Of a DNA stretch of 64,000 nt, positions 45,001 to 56,873 are shown in pieces (position 1 is the stretch's first letter; every line of letters begins with the position of its first letter). A model generated the notes under the pieces. It had not been told where the DNA came from. It searched no databases and saw only the letters and a program-made list of their open reading frames with translations. Origin of the DNA: Auanema rhodensis (lineage: Eukaryota > Animalia > Nematoda); NCBI GenBank assembly GCA_964057225.1, contig CAXKVF010000076.1, forward strand, positions 372,001-436,000, read 5' to 3'. The translations under genes and the position numbers were made by a program.

Positions 45001-48000
45001 GCATCTCTTTATCTTTCACGTGAAGCGAGTTACATACCAAGTGCACATCACGTGTACATTTAATTAGCATAAATTAAAGTTCACGTAAATTTCAAAGTCA
45101 TGGTTACCATGCACCAATATCAATAAAAATTTGTTTTTAGACTAATATGGACATGGGGAATCTAATTTTGAAAACCGCATCTCTTTATCTTTCACGTGAA
45201 GCGAGTTACATACCAAGTGCACATCACGTGTACATTTAATTAGCATAAATTAAAGTTCACGTAAATTTCAAAGTCATGGTTACCATGCACCAATATCAAT
45301 AAAAATTTGTTTTTAGACTAATATGGACATGGGGAATCTAATTTTGAAAACCGCATCTCTTTATCTTTCACGTGAAGCGAGTTACATACCAAGTGCACAT
45401 CACGTGTACATTTAATTAGCATAAATTGAAGTTCACGTAAATTTCAAAGTCATGGTTACCATGAACCAATATCAATAAAAATTTGTTTTTAGACTAATAT
45501 GGACATGGGGAATCTAATTTTGAAAACCGCATCTCTTTATCTTTCACGTGAAGCGAGTTACATACCAAGTGCACATCACGTGTACATTTAATTAGCATAA
45601 ATTAAAGTTCACGTAAATTTCAAAGTCATGGTTACCATGAACCAATACCCAATCAAAATTTGTTTTTAGACTAATATGGACATGGGGAATCTAATTTTGA
45701 AAACCGCATCTCTTTATCTTTCACGTGAAGCGAGTTACATACCAAGTGCACATCACGTGTACATTTAATTAGCATAAATTAAAGTTCACGTAAATTTCAA
45801 AGTCATGGTTACCATGAAGCAATATCAATAAAAATTTGTTTTTAGACTAATATGGACATGGGGAATCTAATTTTGAAAACCGCATCTCTTTATCTTTCAC
45901 GTGAAGCGAGTTACATACCAAGTGCACATCACGTGTACATTTAATTAGCATAAATTAAAGTTCACGTAAATTTCAAAGTCTTGGTTACCATGAAGCAATA
46001 TCAATAAAAATTTGTTTTTAGACTAATATGGACATGGGGAATCTAATTTTGAAAACCGCATCTCTTTATCTTCCACGTGAAGCGAGTTACATACCAAGTG
46101 CACATCACGTGTACATTTAATTAGCATAAATTAAAGTTCACGTAAATTTCAAAGTCATGGTTACCATGAACCAATATCAATAAAAATTTGTTTTTAGACT
46201 AATATGGACATGGGGAATCTAATTTTAAAAACCGCATCTCTTTATCTTTCACGTGAAGCGAGTTACATACCAAGTGCACATCATGTGTACATTTAATTAG
46301 CATAAATTAAAGTTCACGTAAATTTCAAAGTCATGGTTACCATGCACCAATATCAATAAAAATTTGTTTTTAGACTAATATGGACATGGGGAATCTAATT
46401 TTGAAAACCGCATCTCTTTATCTTCCACGTGAAGCGAGTTACATACCAAGTGCACATCACGTGTACATTTAATTAGCATAAATTAAAGTTCACGTAAATT
46501 TCAAAGTCATGGTTACCATGAACCAATATCAATAAAAATTTGTTTTTAGACTAATATGTACATGGGGAATCTAATTTTGAAAACCGCATCTCTTTATCTT
46601 TCACGTGAAGCGAGTTACATACCAAGTGCACATCACGTGTACATTTAATTAGCATAAATTAAATTTCACGTAAATTTCAAAGTCATGGTTACCATGCACC
46701 AATATCAATAAAAATTTGTTTTTAGACTAATATGGACATGGGGAATCTAATTTTGAAAACCGCATCTCTTTATCTTTCACGTGAAGCGAGTTACATACCA
46801 AGTGCACATCACGTGTACATTTAATTAGCATAAATTAAAGTTCACGTAAATTTCAAAGTCATGGTTACCATGAACCAATATCAATAAAAATTTGTTTTTA
46901 GACTAATATGGACATGGGGAATCTAATTTTGGAAACCGCATTTCTTTATCTTTCACGTGAAGCGAGTTACATACCAAGTGCACATCACGTGTACATTTAA
47001 TTAGCATAAATTAAAGTTCACGTAAATTTCAAAGTCTTGGTTACCATGAAGCAATATCAATAAAAATTTGTTTTTAGACTAATATGGACATGGGGAATCT
47101 AATTTTGAAAACCGCATCTCTTTATCTTTCACGTGAAGCGAGTTACATACCAAGTGCACATCACGTGTACATTTAATTAGCATAAATTAAAGTTCACGTA
47201 AATTTCAAAGTCATGGTCACCATGAACCAATATCAATAAAAATTTGTTTTTAGACTAATATTGACATGGGGAATCTAATTTTGAAAACAGCATCTCTTTA
47301 TCTTTCACGTGAAGCGAGTTACATACCAAGTGCACATCACGTGTACATTTAATTAGCATAAATTAAAGTTCACGTAAATTTCAAAGTCATGGTTACCATG
47401 AACCAATATCAATAAAAATTTGTTTTTAGACTAATATGGACATGGGGAATCTAATTTTGGAAACCGCATTTCTTTATCTTTCACGTGAAGCGAGTTACAT
47501 ACCAAGTGCACATCACGTGTACATTTAATTAGCATAAATTAAAGTTCACGTAAATTTCAAAGTCTTGGTTACCATGAAGCAATATCAATAAAAATTTGTT
47601 TTTAGACTAATATGGACATGGGGAATCTAATTTTGAAAACCGCATCTCTTTATCTTTCACGTGAAGCAAGTTACATACCAAGTGCACATCACGTGTACAT
47701 TTAATTAGCATAAATTAAAGTTCACGTAAATTTCAAAGTCATGGTTACCATGAACCAATATCAATAAAAATTTGTTTTTAGACTAATATGGACATGGGGA
47801 ATCTAATTTTGAAAACCGCATCTCTTTATCTTTCACGTGAAGCGAGTTACATACCAAGTGCACATCACGTGTACATTTAATTAGCATAAATTAAAGTTCA
47901 CGTAAATTTCAAAGTCATGGTTACCATGAAGCAATATCAATAAAAATTCGTTTTTAGACTAATATGGACATGGGGAATCTAATTTTGAAAACCGCATCTC

Positions 48001-51000
48001 TTTATCTTTCACGTGAAGCGAGTTACATACCAAGTGCACATCACGTGTACATTTAATTAGCATAAATTAAAGTTCACGTAAATTTCAAAGTCATGGTTAC
48101 CATGAAGCAATATCAATAAAAATTTGTTTTTAGACTAATATGGACATGGGGAATCTAATTTTGAAAACCGCATCTCTTTATCTTTCACGTGAAGCGAGTT
48201 ACATACCAAGTGCACATCACGTGTACATTTAATTAGCATAAATTAAAGTTCACGTAAATTTCAAAGTCATGGTTACCATGAACCAATATCAATCAAAATT
48301 TGTTTTTAGACTAATATGGACATGGGGAATCTAATTTTGAAAACCGCATCTCTTTATCTTTCACGTGAAGCGAGTTACATACCAAGTGCACATCACGTGT
48401 ACATTTAATTAGCATAAATTAAAGTTCACGTAAATTTCAAAGTCATGGTTACCATGAACCAATATCAATAAAAATTTGTTTTTAGACTAATATTGACATG
48501 GGGAATCTAATTTTGAAAACAGCATCTCTTTATCTTTCACGTGAAGCGAGTTACATACCAAGTGCACATCACGTGTACATTTAATTAGCATAAATTAAAG
48601 TTCACGTAAATTTCAAAGTCATGGTTACCATGAACCAATATCAATCAAAATTTGTTTTTAGACTAATATGGACATGGGGAATCTAATTTTGAAAACCGCA
48701 TCTCTTTATCTTTCACGTGAAGCGAGTTACATACCAAGTGCACATCACGTGTACATTTAATTAGCATAAATTAAAGTTCACGTAAATTTCAAAGTCTTGG
48801 TTACCATGAAGCAATATCAATAAAAATTTGTTTTTAGACTAATATGGACATGGGGAATCTAATTTTGAAAACCGCATCTCTTTATCTTTCACGTGAAGCG
48901 AGTTACATACCAAGTGCACATCACGTGTACATTTAATTAGCATAAATTAAAGTTCACGTAAATTTCAAAGTCATGGTTACCATGCACCAATATCAATAAA
49001 AATTTGTTTTTAGACTAATATGGACATGGGGAATCTAATTTTGAAAACCGCATCTCTTTATCTTTCACGTGAAGCGAGTTACATACCAAGTGCACATCAC
49101 GTTTACATTTAATTAGCATAAATTGAAGTTCACGTAAATTTCAAAGTCATGGTTACCATGAACCAATATCAATAAAAATTTGTTTTTAGACTAATATGGA
49201 CATGGGGAATCTAATTTTGAAAACCGCATCTCTTTATCTTTCACGTGAAGCGAGTTACATACCAAGTGCACATCACGTGTACATTTAATTAGCATAAATT
49301 AAAGTTCACGTAAATTTCAAAGTCATGGTTACCATGAACCAATATCAATAAAAATTTGTTTTTAGACTAATATTGACATGGGGAATCTAATTTTGAAAAC
49401 AGCATCTCTTTATCTTTCACGTGAAGCGAGTTACATACCAAGTGCACATCACGTGTACATTTAATTAGCATAAATTAAAGTTCACGTAAATTTCAAAGTC
49501 ATGGTTACCATGAACCAATATCAATCAAAATTTGTTTTTAGACTAATATGGACATGGGGAATCTAATTTTGAAAACCGCATCTCTTTATCTTTCACGTGA
49601 AGCGAGTTACATACCAAGTGCACATCACGTGTACATTTAATTAGCATAAATTAAAGTTCACGTAAATTTCAAAGTCTTGGTTACCATGAAGCAATATCAA
49701 TAAAAATTTGTTTTTAGACTAATATGGACATGGGGAATCTAATTTTGAAAACCGCATCTCTTTATCTTTCACGTGAAGCGAGTTACATACCAAGTGCACA
49801 TCACGTGTACATTTAATTAGCATAAATTAAAGTTCACGTAAATTTCAAAGTCATGGTTACCATGAACCAATATCAATAAAAATTTGTTTTTAGACTAATA
49901 TTGACATGGGGAATCTAATTTTGAAAACAGCATCTCTTTATCTTTCACGTGAAGCGAGTTACATACCAAGTGCACATCACGTGTACATTTAATTAGCATA
50001 AATTAAAGTTCACGTAAATTTCAAAGTCATGGTTACCATGAACCAATATCAATAAAAATTTGTTTTTAGACTAATATGGACATGGGGAATCTAATTTTGG
50101 AAACCGCATTTCTTTATCTTTCACGTGAAGCGAGTTACATACCAAGTGCACATCACGTGTACATTTAATTAGCATAAATTAAAGTTCACGTAAATTTCAA
50201 AGTCTTGGTTACCATGAAGCAATATCAATAAAAATTTGTTTTTAGACTAATATGGACATGGGGAATCTAATTTTGAAAACCGCATCTCTTTATCTTTCAC
50301 GTGAAGCAAGTTACATACCAAGTGCACATCACGTGTACATTTAATTAGCATAAATTAAAGTTCACGTAAATTTCAAAGTCATGGTTACCATGAACCAATA
50401 TCAATAAAAATTTGTTTTTAGACTAATATGGACATGGGGAATCTAATTTTGAAAACCGCATCTCTTTATCTTTCACGTGAAGCGAGTTACATACCAAGTG
50501 CACATCACGTGTACATTTAATTAGCATAAATTAAAGTTCACGTAAATTTCAAAGTCATGGTTACCATGAAGCAATATCAATAAAAATTCGTTTTTAGACT
50601 AATATGGACATGGGGAATCTAATTTTGAAAACCGCATCTCTTTATCTTTCACGTGAAGCGAGTTACATACCAAGTGCACATCACGTGTACATTTAATTAG
50701 CATAAATTAAAGTTCACGTAAATTTCAAAGTCATGGTTACCATGAAGCAATATCAATAAAAATTTGTTTTTAGACTAATATGGACATGGGGAATCTAATT
50801 TTGAAAACCGCATCTCTTTATCTTTCACGTGAAGCGAGTTACATACCAAGTGCACATCACGTGTACATTTAATTAGCATAAATTAAAGTTCACGTAAATT
50901 TCAAAGTCATGGTTACCATGAACCAATATCAATCAAAATTTGTTTTTAGACTAATATGGACATGGGGAATCTAATTTTGAAAACCGCATCTCTTTATCTT

Positions 51001-52469
51001 TCACGTGAAGCGAGTTACATACCAAGTGCACATCACGTGTACATTTAATTAGCATAAATTAAAGTTCACGTAAATTTCAAAGTCATGGTTAACATGAAGC
51101 AATATCAATAAAAATTTGTTTTTAGACTAATATGGACATGGGGAATCTAATTTTGAAAACCGCATCTCTTTATCTTTCACGTGAAGCGAGTTACATACCA
51201 AGTGCACATCACGTGTACATTTAATTAGCATAAATTAAAGTTCACGTAAATTTCAAAGTCATGGTTACCATGAACCAATATCAATCAAAATTTGTTTTTA
51301 GACTAATATGGACATGGGGAATCTAATTTTGAAAACCGCATCTCTTTATCTTTCACGTGAAGCGAGTTACATACCAAGTGCATATCACGTGTACATTTAA
51401 TTAGCATGAATTAAAGTTCACGTAAATTTCAAAGTCATGGTTACCATGCACCAATATCAATAAAAATTTGTTTTTAGACTAATATGGACATGGGGAATCT
51501 AATTTTGAAAACCGCATCTCTTTATCTTTCACGTGAAGCGAGTTACATACCAAGTGCACATCACGTGTACATTTAATTAGCATAAATTAAAGTTCACGTA
51601 AATTTCAAAGTCTTGGTTACCATGAAGCAATATCAATAAAAATTTGTTTTTAGACTAATATGGACATGGGGAATCTAATTTTGAAAACCGCATCTCTTTA
51701 TCTTTCACGTGAAGCAAGTTACATACCAAGTGCACATCACGTGTACATTTAATTAGCATAAATTAAAGTTCACGTAAATTTCAAAGTCATGGTTACCATG
51801 AACCAATATCAATAAAAATTTGTTTTTAGACTAATATGGACATGGGGAATCTAATTTTGAAAACCGCATCTCTTTATCTTTCACGTGAAGCGAGTTACAT
51901 ACCAAGTGCACATCACGTGTACATTTAATTAGCATAAATTAAAGTTCACGTAAATTTCAAAGTCATGGTTACCATGAAGCAATATCAATAAAAATTCGTT
52001 TTTAGACTAATATGGACATGGGGAATCTAATTTTGAAAACCGCATCTCTTTATCTTTCACGTGAAGCGAGTTACATACCAAGTGCACATCACGTGTACAT
52101 TTAATTAGCATAAATTAAAGTTCACGTAAATTTCAAAGTCATGGTTACCATGAAGCAATATCAATAAAAATTTGTTTTTAGACTAATATGGACATGGGGA
52201 ATCTAATTTTGAAAACCGCATCTCTTTATCTTTCACGTGAAGCGAGTTACATACCAAGTGCACATCACGTGTACATTTAATTAGCATAAATTAAAGTTCA
52301 CGTAAATTTCAAAGTCATGGTTACCATGAACCAATATCAATCAAAATTTGTTTTTAGACTAATATGGACATGGGGAATCTAATTTTGAAAACCGCATCTC
52401 TTTATCTTTCACGTGAAGCGAGTTACATACCAAGTGCACATCACGTGTACATTTAATTAGCATAAATTA
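1..52469. repeat. 176-bp tandem satellite array, left arm (about 298 monomers, open at window start)
   Basis: TGTACATTTAATTAGCATAAATTAAAGTTCACG recurs at 1, 177, 353 ... 881 (5x176). Monomers differ by only a few recurrent substitutions, share one orientation, are AT-rich and carry no ORFs in the track. Confidence 0.99.
52466..52469 (+). other. Left copy of apparent short target-site duplication/microhomology ATTA (right copy 58009-58012)
   Basis: Empty site is CATAA-ATTA-AAGTTC. Left junction CATAA-ATTA-tttat, right junction gtgtg-ATTA-AAGTTC. The true length is ambiguous (0-4 bp) because TTA fits the tail phase and A58009 fits the 21-mer. Confidence 0.65.
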
Positions 52470-52487
52470 TTTATTTATTTATTTATT
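52470..52487 (-). repeat. 3' simple-repeat tail AA(TAAA)4 of the LINE
   Basis: Plus strand tttatttatttatttatt abuts the satellite. Short tandem-repeat tails instead of poly(A) are typical of CR1-group elements; the tail also contains AATAAA. Confidence 0.9.
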
Positions 52488-52980
52488 CGTTCTATATCAC
52501 AGATTCTTGATAATCAAAAGCTTATTGTGAACGTAGGTATACTGCGAAAAAGCATCTTACAATATGAACTGGGGAAAGTAAATTAAAAATTACAATCAGA
52601 AAAATTAGAAAAAGGATGAAAGTGGTAAATAGTTGTATAATAGAATAGACTAGAATACAAGAAATATAACAAAACGATATTGAAGCATATGAGATTCTAT
52701 TACTATTTCTCAGCAGTTTGTGAAAACAAAAACAGATTATGTTCAGCAAAGTTTGATGAACTGACTCTTTAAATATAGCTGATCAGGTGCGGTGGAACTC
52801 AGAAATGAGTCAAGCCCGTTCTAATAGCAAAGAGAAAAACTGTTACTCATTGCTACGACTGATGTTGATACAGTATAGATGACAGTAGCAGTCTGGCAGA
52901 AAAAAAAAGTAAGAAAAGAACCTTGTATGTTAATTGAAAAGAAAACGATGATACAGATTAAAAAAAAAAAAAAATAATGG
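52488..52980 (-). other. LINE 3' UTR (about 490 bp, U-rich)
   Basis: Non-satellite sequence between the RT stop (52981) and the tail, with long sense-strand T runs. Confidence 0.85.
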
Positions 52981-54859
52981 TCACGATAAAATATGAGACA
53001 AGATATGTTTCCGGAAAGAATGTTTTGTACGAAGGCTGACTATGGCTTCAGGAAGAGAGTTCCATAGATTTACAGTTCTGTATTCAATTCCATTCCTTGT
53101 TTCTGTCCTCCATAGAGTAGGATGAGCTAGATTCCATTGGTGTCTGCGCAGAGAATTCAGATTCTTGATAATGAAAAAAGATTGTGAGTTTCCTGTGGCT
53201 TCTATTGTTATATGAGCAAAATAGAACAATAGATCAGAAAGAACCCTCCTAGTTATCAGATCTTCAGTTTCAAGATAAGATAGCTGATCTTTGTAAGTTA
53301 GGTCAAGACCGGCTCGGCCAAAGATTGCTTTAAAAAACTTTTTCTGAACTTTTTCTATTCGTTGTTTGCCTGCAATGTTCTGTGGTGACCAGATAACTGA
53401 TCCATATTCAAGTATGGGTCGGACGTAACAGCTGAAAAGTTTGAACAATAATTTAGGACATTTAGAGTAGAAACAACGGAGAATAGTTCGGCATTTGACG
53501 GCCGCAATACTACAAATTGAATTAATGTGTTTTTCGAAAGACAAGTTATTTTCCGTCCAAATACCCAGATCTTTGTATGCAGATACTATAGAGAGAGATG
53601 AATCGCCAAAAGTGAAATTATTAATGTTGTGATAATTAGATGATTTGTTAGAGACAATCATTACTTTAGATTTTTCGGTGTTGACTTTCATTTTGTTATC
53701 ATGACACCATTTGTAAAGAGAATTAAGAGCATTTTGAAGGCTCTCAGGGTTACAACTATGAAGTTTTAGATCATCAGCATATAAAATGGGATGAACATCG
53801 GATGTGAATAAGGAAGTTATGTCGTTTATGTAAAACAGAAACAGTAGAGGGCCAAGAACCGTTCCTTGAGGAACCCCACATGTAAGACTAACAGGGTCGG
53901 ATAGACTTTTGTTGATGAGTACAGAGTAAGAACGGTTTTGGATAAAAGATCCAAGAAAATTAAGAAGAGACCCACGAATTCCAATAGATTTCAATTTTGC
54001 AAAGAGAATGGAGTGATCAATGAGATCGAATGCTTTTGAGAAATCAATAAACGCAACAAAAACTGTATTTTTATCATCAATAAGTGATCTCCATTTGATA
54101 TGGCTGGAAACAAGGGCTGTTACAGTGCTGCGTTTAGGAAGAAAAGCGTGCTGAACATTGGAAATGCTGCCCGAGGATACACCAAAATGAAGAAGGGGAG
54201 ATCGAATAAGTCGTTCAAAGACTTTAGATAAACTTGGGGTTAGTGAGATTGGACGGTAATTAGAAGGATCAGAAGGGTTGCCTTTCTTGAAAACCGGACG
54301 TATCCAAGCTGTTTTCCAGTCAGGAGGACAAGAAGAAGAAACAAGGAGGTTATGAAAAATAAACGAGAGAGGATTGCAGAGGGTGCCTGCACATTGTTTG
54401 AGAAAGTAGTACGGAATTCCATCCGGAGAAGTAGATGCGCGCGAAGGAAGGTGAGAAAGAATGTTGAAAACCTTTTCAGGGGAGATGTCGATGAAGTCAA
54501 TGACTGATGGAGAGTAATTGAGAAGATGAGAGTAAGTGGAAGATGAAGAGGGTTTGACAGCAAAGACGGAGGAAAAAATTTCAGCTTTGTCTACGTCAGA
54601 GAAAACCAAAGTTTCGTTGATTTGTAGAGTAGGGATATCAGAAGAGTCTTTACCAAGTCGTTCGCGACAGAATTGAAAAAATGCTTTTGAATTGTTGGTA
54701 GAAGCTATGTTGTTTTCATCAATGGCAGATTTGAGTTTGATGAGTTTATCTAAGGTGACAGATAGCTTTTTGCGAAGAAGCTCATCCTGAGCGAAAAGAG
54801 AGTTGCTTAACCGGTTAACACGATTGTTAAGTTTCTGAATGTCACGATCAAGTTTTTTT
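52981..54859 (-). CDS. ORF2 C-terminal part: non-LTR reverse transcriptase plus CR1-type C-terminal domain (continues the endonuclease frame across a 1-nt frameshift)
   Basis: SPDGIP, W.TA.I.PVFKKG, NYRPISLT, QHAF, FIDFSKAFD, GVPQGTVLGPLLF, YADD, KDLGI, YVRPILEY, WSP and WNSLP, with no internal stops. The track start at 54888 is a GTG. Confidence 0.96.
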
Positions 54860-55801
54860 TCTTTTCTTTGCCTTTTTGAATGGGACACAGCTTTGAATTA
54901 TTGATTGGACAATTGCAATAAACTTAGAATAGGAAGTTATAGCGTTTAGACCACATAATTCAGTAGCGAAGTCAATGCCAGCTAAAAGGCTATTTATTTT
55001 ACCATAATCGGCCGAGAAAAAGTTACGACTAGAAAAAGAGGAAGAGAGAGAAGAGGGCCTGGAAGTAGCAACTTTGTTGATTTGAGCAAATGTGAGAGGA
55101 TCCAAAATAATGTTAAAGAAAACCGAGTAATGATCAGATTGGCCAAGAGGGCTATTGCGAGAAATGTTCTCTACACAGTGAACACTGTTGGTGATAATGT
55201 AATCCAAGATGTTTTTACCTCTGGTTGGGAAAGTAACTAATTGACTGGATGAAGACTGTTGAAGAAAGTTGAGAATAGATGAAGTAGAGGGGGAACTGCT
55301 TGACGAATGGATGAGATCCCAGTCAATGTGAGGGAAATTAAGATCGCCTGTTAAGAAAAACCTGCGGTTCGAGATAAGAGTTTGAAATTCGGTTAGAAAA
55401 AAAAGAAAGTCAGAGTGCTGAGATGATGGAGAACGATAGCAGATTGAGAAAACGACGTCAGAAGGTATAATGAGAACATTGAGGTATTGAACAGTTGATT
55501 GAGAAGGAGAGCATGAGAGAAGACGACTATTAATGTGTTTTTTAATATAGAGGAGGACTCCTCCTCCTCGAGAAGTTGATCTGTCATCACGGAAAATGCA
55601 GTAAGAATCTCTCAAAGGAAGGGAGCTAGAGTTGAAATCAGGAAACAGCCAGGTCTCAGATATAGCAATAATGTCTGGACTGAGAGTCGAATGAACAATT
55701 GGTATTAAGTGTAATTTATTGACAATAGATCGTGCGTTATAACAAGAGACTGTAATTTTACTACATGCAGCAGTAGAGATTGTTGATTGGAAATTAACGA
55801 A
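54848..55801 (-). CDS. ORF2 N-terminal part: APE-type (EEP fold) endonuclease plus linker; no AUG, start inferred at the +1 frameshift site
   Basis: Catalytic motifs YNARS, DIIAISETWL, DR..RGGGVLLY, YRSP, GDLNFP..DW, PTRGKNILD and SDH are all present. The track start at 55861 is TTG and the frame contains no Met. Confidence 0.92.
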   Translation of the reverse strand, partial: FVNFQSTISTAACSKITVSCYNARSIVNKLHLIPIVHSTLSPDIIAISETWLFPDFNSSSLPLRDSYCIFRDDRSTSRGGGVLLYIKKHINSRLLSCSPSQSTVQYLNVLIIPSDVVFSICYRSPSSQHSDFLFFLTEFQTLISNRRFFLTGDLNFPHIDWDLIHSSSSSPSTSSILNFLQQSSSSQLVTFPTRGKNILDYIITNSVHCVENISRNSPLGQSDHYSVFFNIILDPLTFAQINKVATSRPSSLSSSFSSRNFFSADYGKINSLLAGIDFATELCGLNAITSYSKFIAIVQSIIQSCVPFKKAKKRKKT

Positions 55802-55805
55802 AGGA
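55794..55805 (-). promoter_or_regulatory. Putative programmed +1 ribosomal frameshift site TCC_TTT_CGT_TAA at the ORF1/ORF2 junction
   Basis: Plus strand ttaacgaaagga; in the ORF1 frame it reads UCC UUU CGU UAA, an in-frame match to the PA-X motif. The +1 frame (TTC GTT AAT TTC CAA = FVNFQ) is the endonuclease ORF. Confidence 0.75.
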
Positions 55806-56873
55806 TGTTTGGCTGGGCAGATTGGACGGGGAATTAGGCAAAGTAGATGTATTTCTAACAATGTTAGCAGTAGGATCTGGAACAGATTTAGCTCGGCGAG
55901 AAGGGTTTTTTCTTCTTCTTTGGCTGCTACATCTTTCTTTGTTTATTGGAGCGGGCTGTCCCTTAGTTATAGGCCGGCCTCTTCTACCAGATTTAGACGG
56001 GGGACTAGAATCAAGGTCATGCGTAAAAATAGGCATGTCAGACATTGGAGCAATGCATGAATTGGTAGTTTCAGAGTCCAAGCCTGTAGGGGAAACAACA
56101 TATTTAGCACTGGATGTGTCTTTTGGGGCAGTGCCTGTGTTGGTGAGTCTACGAGGTACTTTTATAAGCTTTAGATCTCGAACAAGAAAAATGAATTCAG
56201 TGTCGTCAGAGTTTTTGCTTTTGGCTTCGTCACGAAGCCGTTTTTCTAGTTCCACCTCAAAGGGTAGATAATCACGACGAACAAATGTTTTGGATAGTGA
56301 GTTGGAAATTTTAGGTTTGTGAGATCTTATAGCTGCTATAACAGTATCTCGAATACTGACCGAAGGACACGTTATGATAAGTGGACCAGGGGACCCTGAT
56401 TTGAGGGTGCAGCGAGTAACGAATATGTGATTGGAATTGAGTAAAGAAATAAGACTAGTATCACTGCAGCTATCAAAAACAAGTTTGAGAAGAGAACGGG
56501 CATCGCTAGGCAGATCAGGTGACGTGACTGGAACCCGGAACCAGAGAGCTCTCAAGGAACGGTGAGCAAATTTAGATTCTTCTAACCTAATTTTATTCAC
56601 TTCAGTTATAACAGTATTTGAACACGGAAGTGTAGGCAATATGCAAGCACTTTCGTTACCCATGAAAGCAGTGAACTTATTTTCTAAAGCGTTGAGTCTT
56701 GAGTTGAACTCAGTTTCAATTACTTTCAAACGAGATTCATGCAATGCGATACAGTTTTTGATACTATGCAGGTCGCTTTTGATTTCTAGAGAAAAACTTG
56801 AGAAAGTGGAATGAAGAGATTCCGTGAGAGATTTCAGAGAAGCAGTAAGAAACTCGGGAGTGACTGTAGACAT
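55794..56873 (-). CDS. LINE ORF1 protein (359 aa, MSTVTPEF...QTSFR): coiled coil, RRM-like/CTD region, basic disordered tail
   Basis: First ATG after the pyrimidine tract is at 56873. Heptad-like segment IKSDLHSIKNCIALHESRLKVIETEFNSRLNALENKF; PGPLIITCPSVSIRDTVI and FVRRDYLPFEVELEKRLRDEAKSKN...VRDLKLI resemble ORF1p RRM/CTD motifs of invertebrate CR1-like elements; position directly upstream of the endonuclease. The track's 81-aa Phe-rich extension to 57116 uses a non-ATG start and translates UTR. Confidence 0.85.
   Translation of the reverse strand: MSTVTPEFLTASLKSLTESLHSTFSSFSLEIKSDLHSIKNCIALHESRLKVIETEFNSRLNALENKFTAFMGNESACILPTLPCSNTVITEVNKIRLEESKFAHRSLRALWFRVPVTSPDLPSDARSLLKLVFDSCSDTSLISLLNSNHIFVTRCTLKSGSPGPLIITCPSVSIRDTVIAAIRSHKPKISNSLSKTFVRRDYLPFEVELEKRLRDEAKSKNSDDTEFIFLVRDLKLIKVPRRLTNTGTAPKDTSSAKYVVSPTGLDSETTNSCIAPMSDMPIFTHDLDSSPPSKSGRRGRPITKGQPAPINKERCSSQRRRKNPSRRAKSVPDPTANIVRNTSTLPNSPSNLPSQTSFR

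Noticed and set aside
52522-52749. 75-aa ORF in the 3' UTR
   Set aside because: Low-complexity hydrophobic translation of U-rich UTR with no recognisable motif.
52981-54888. Bacterial RT system (retron, group II intron, DGR) or LTR element
   Set aside because: The upstream APE endonuclease, ORF1, simple-repeat tail and absence of integrase, protease and LTRs identify a eukaryotic LINE.
54240-56271. Small overlapping ORFs (107 and 65 aa minus; 83 and 149 aa plus)
   Set aside because: Shadow frames of ORF1/ORF2 with no motifs. The 65-aa ORF does begin with ATG but is out of frame with the endonuclease and starts downstream of its first catalytic motifs.
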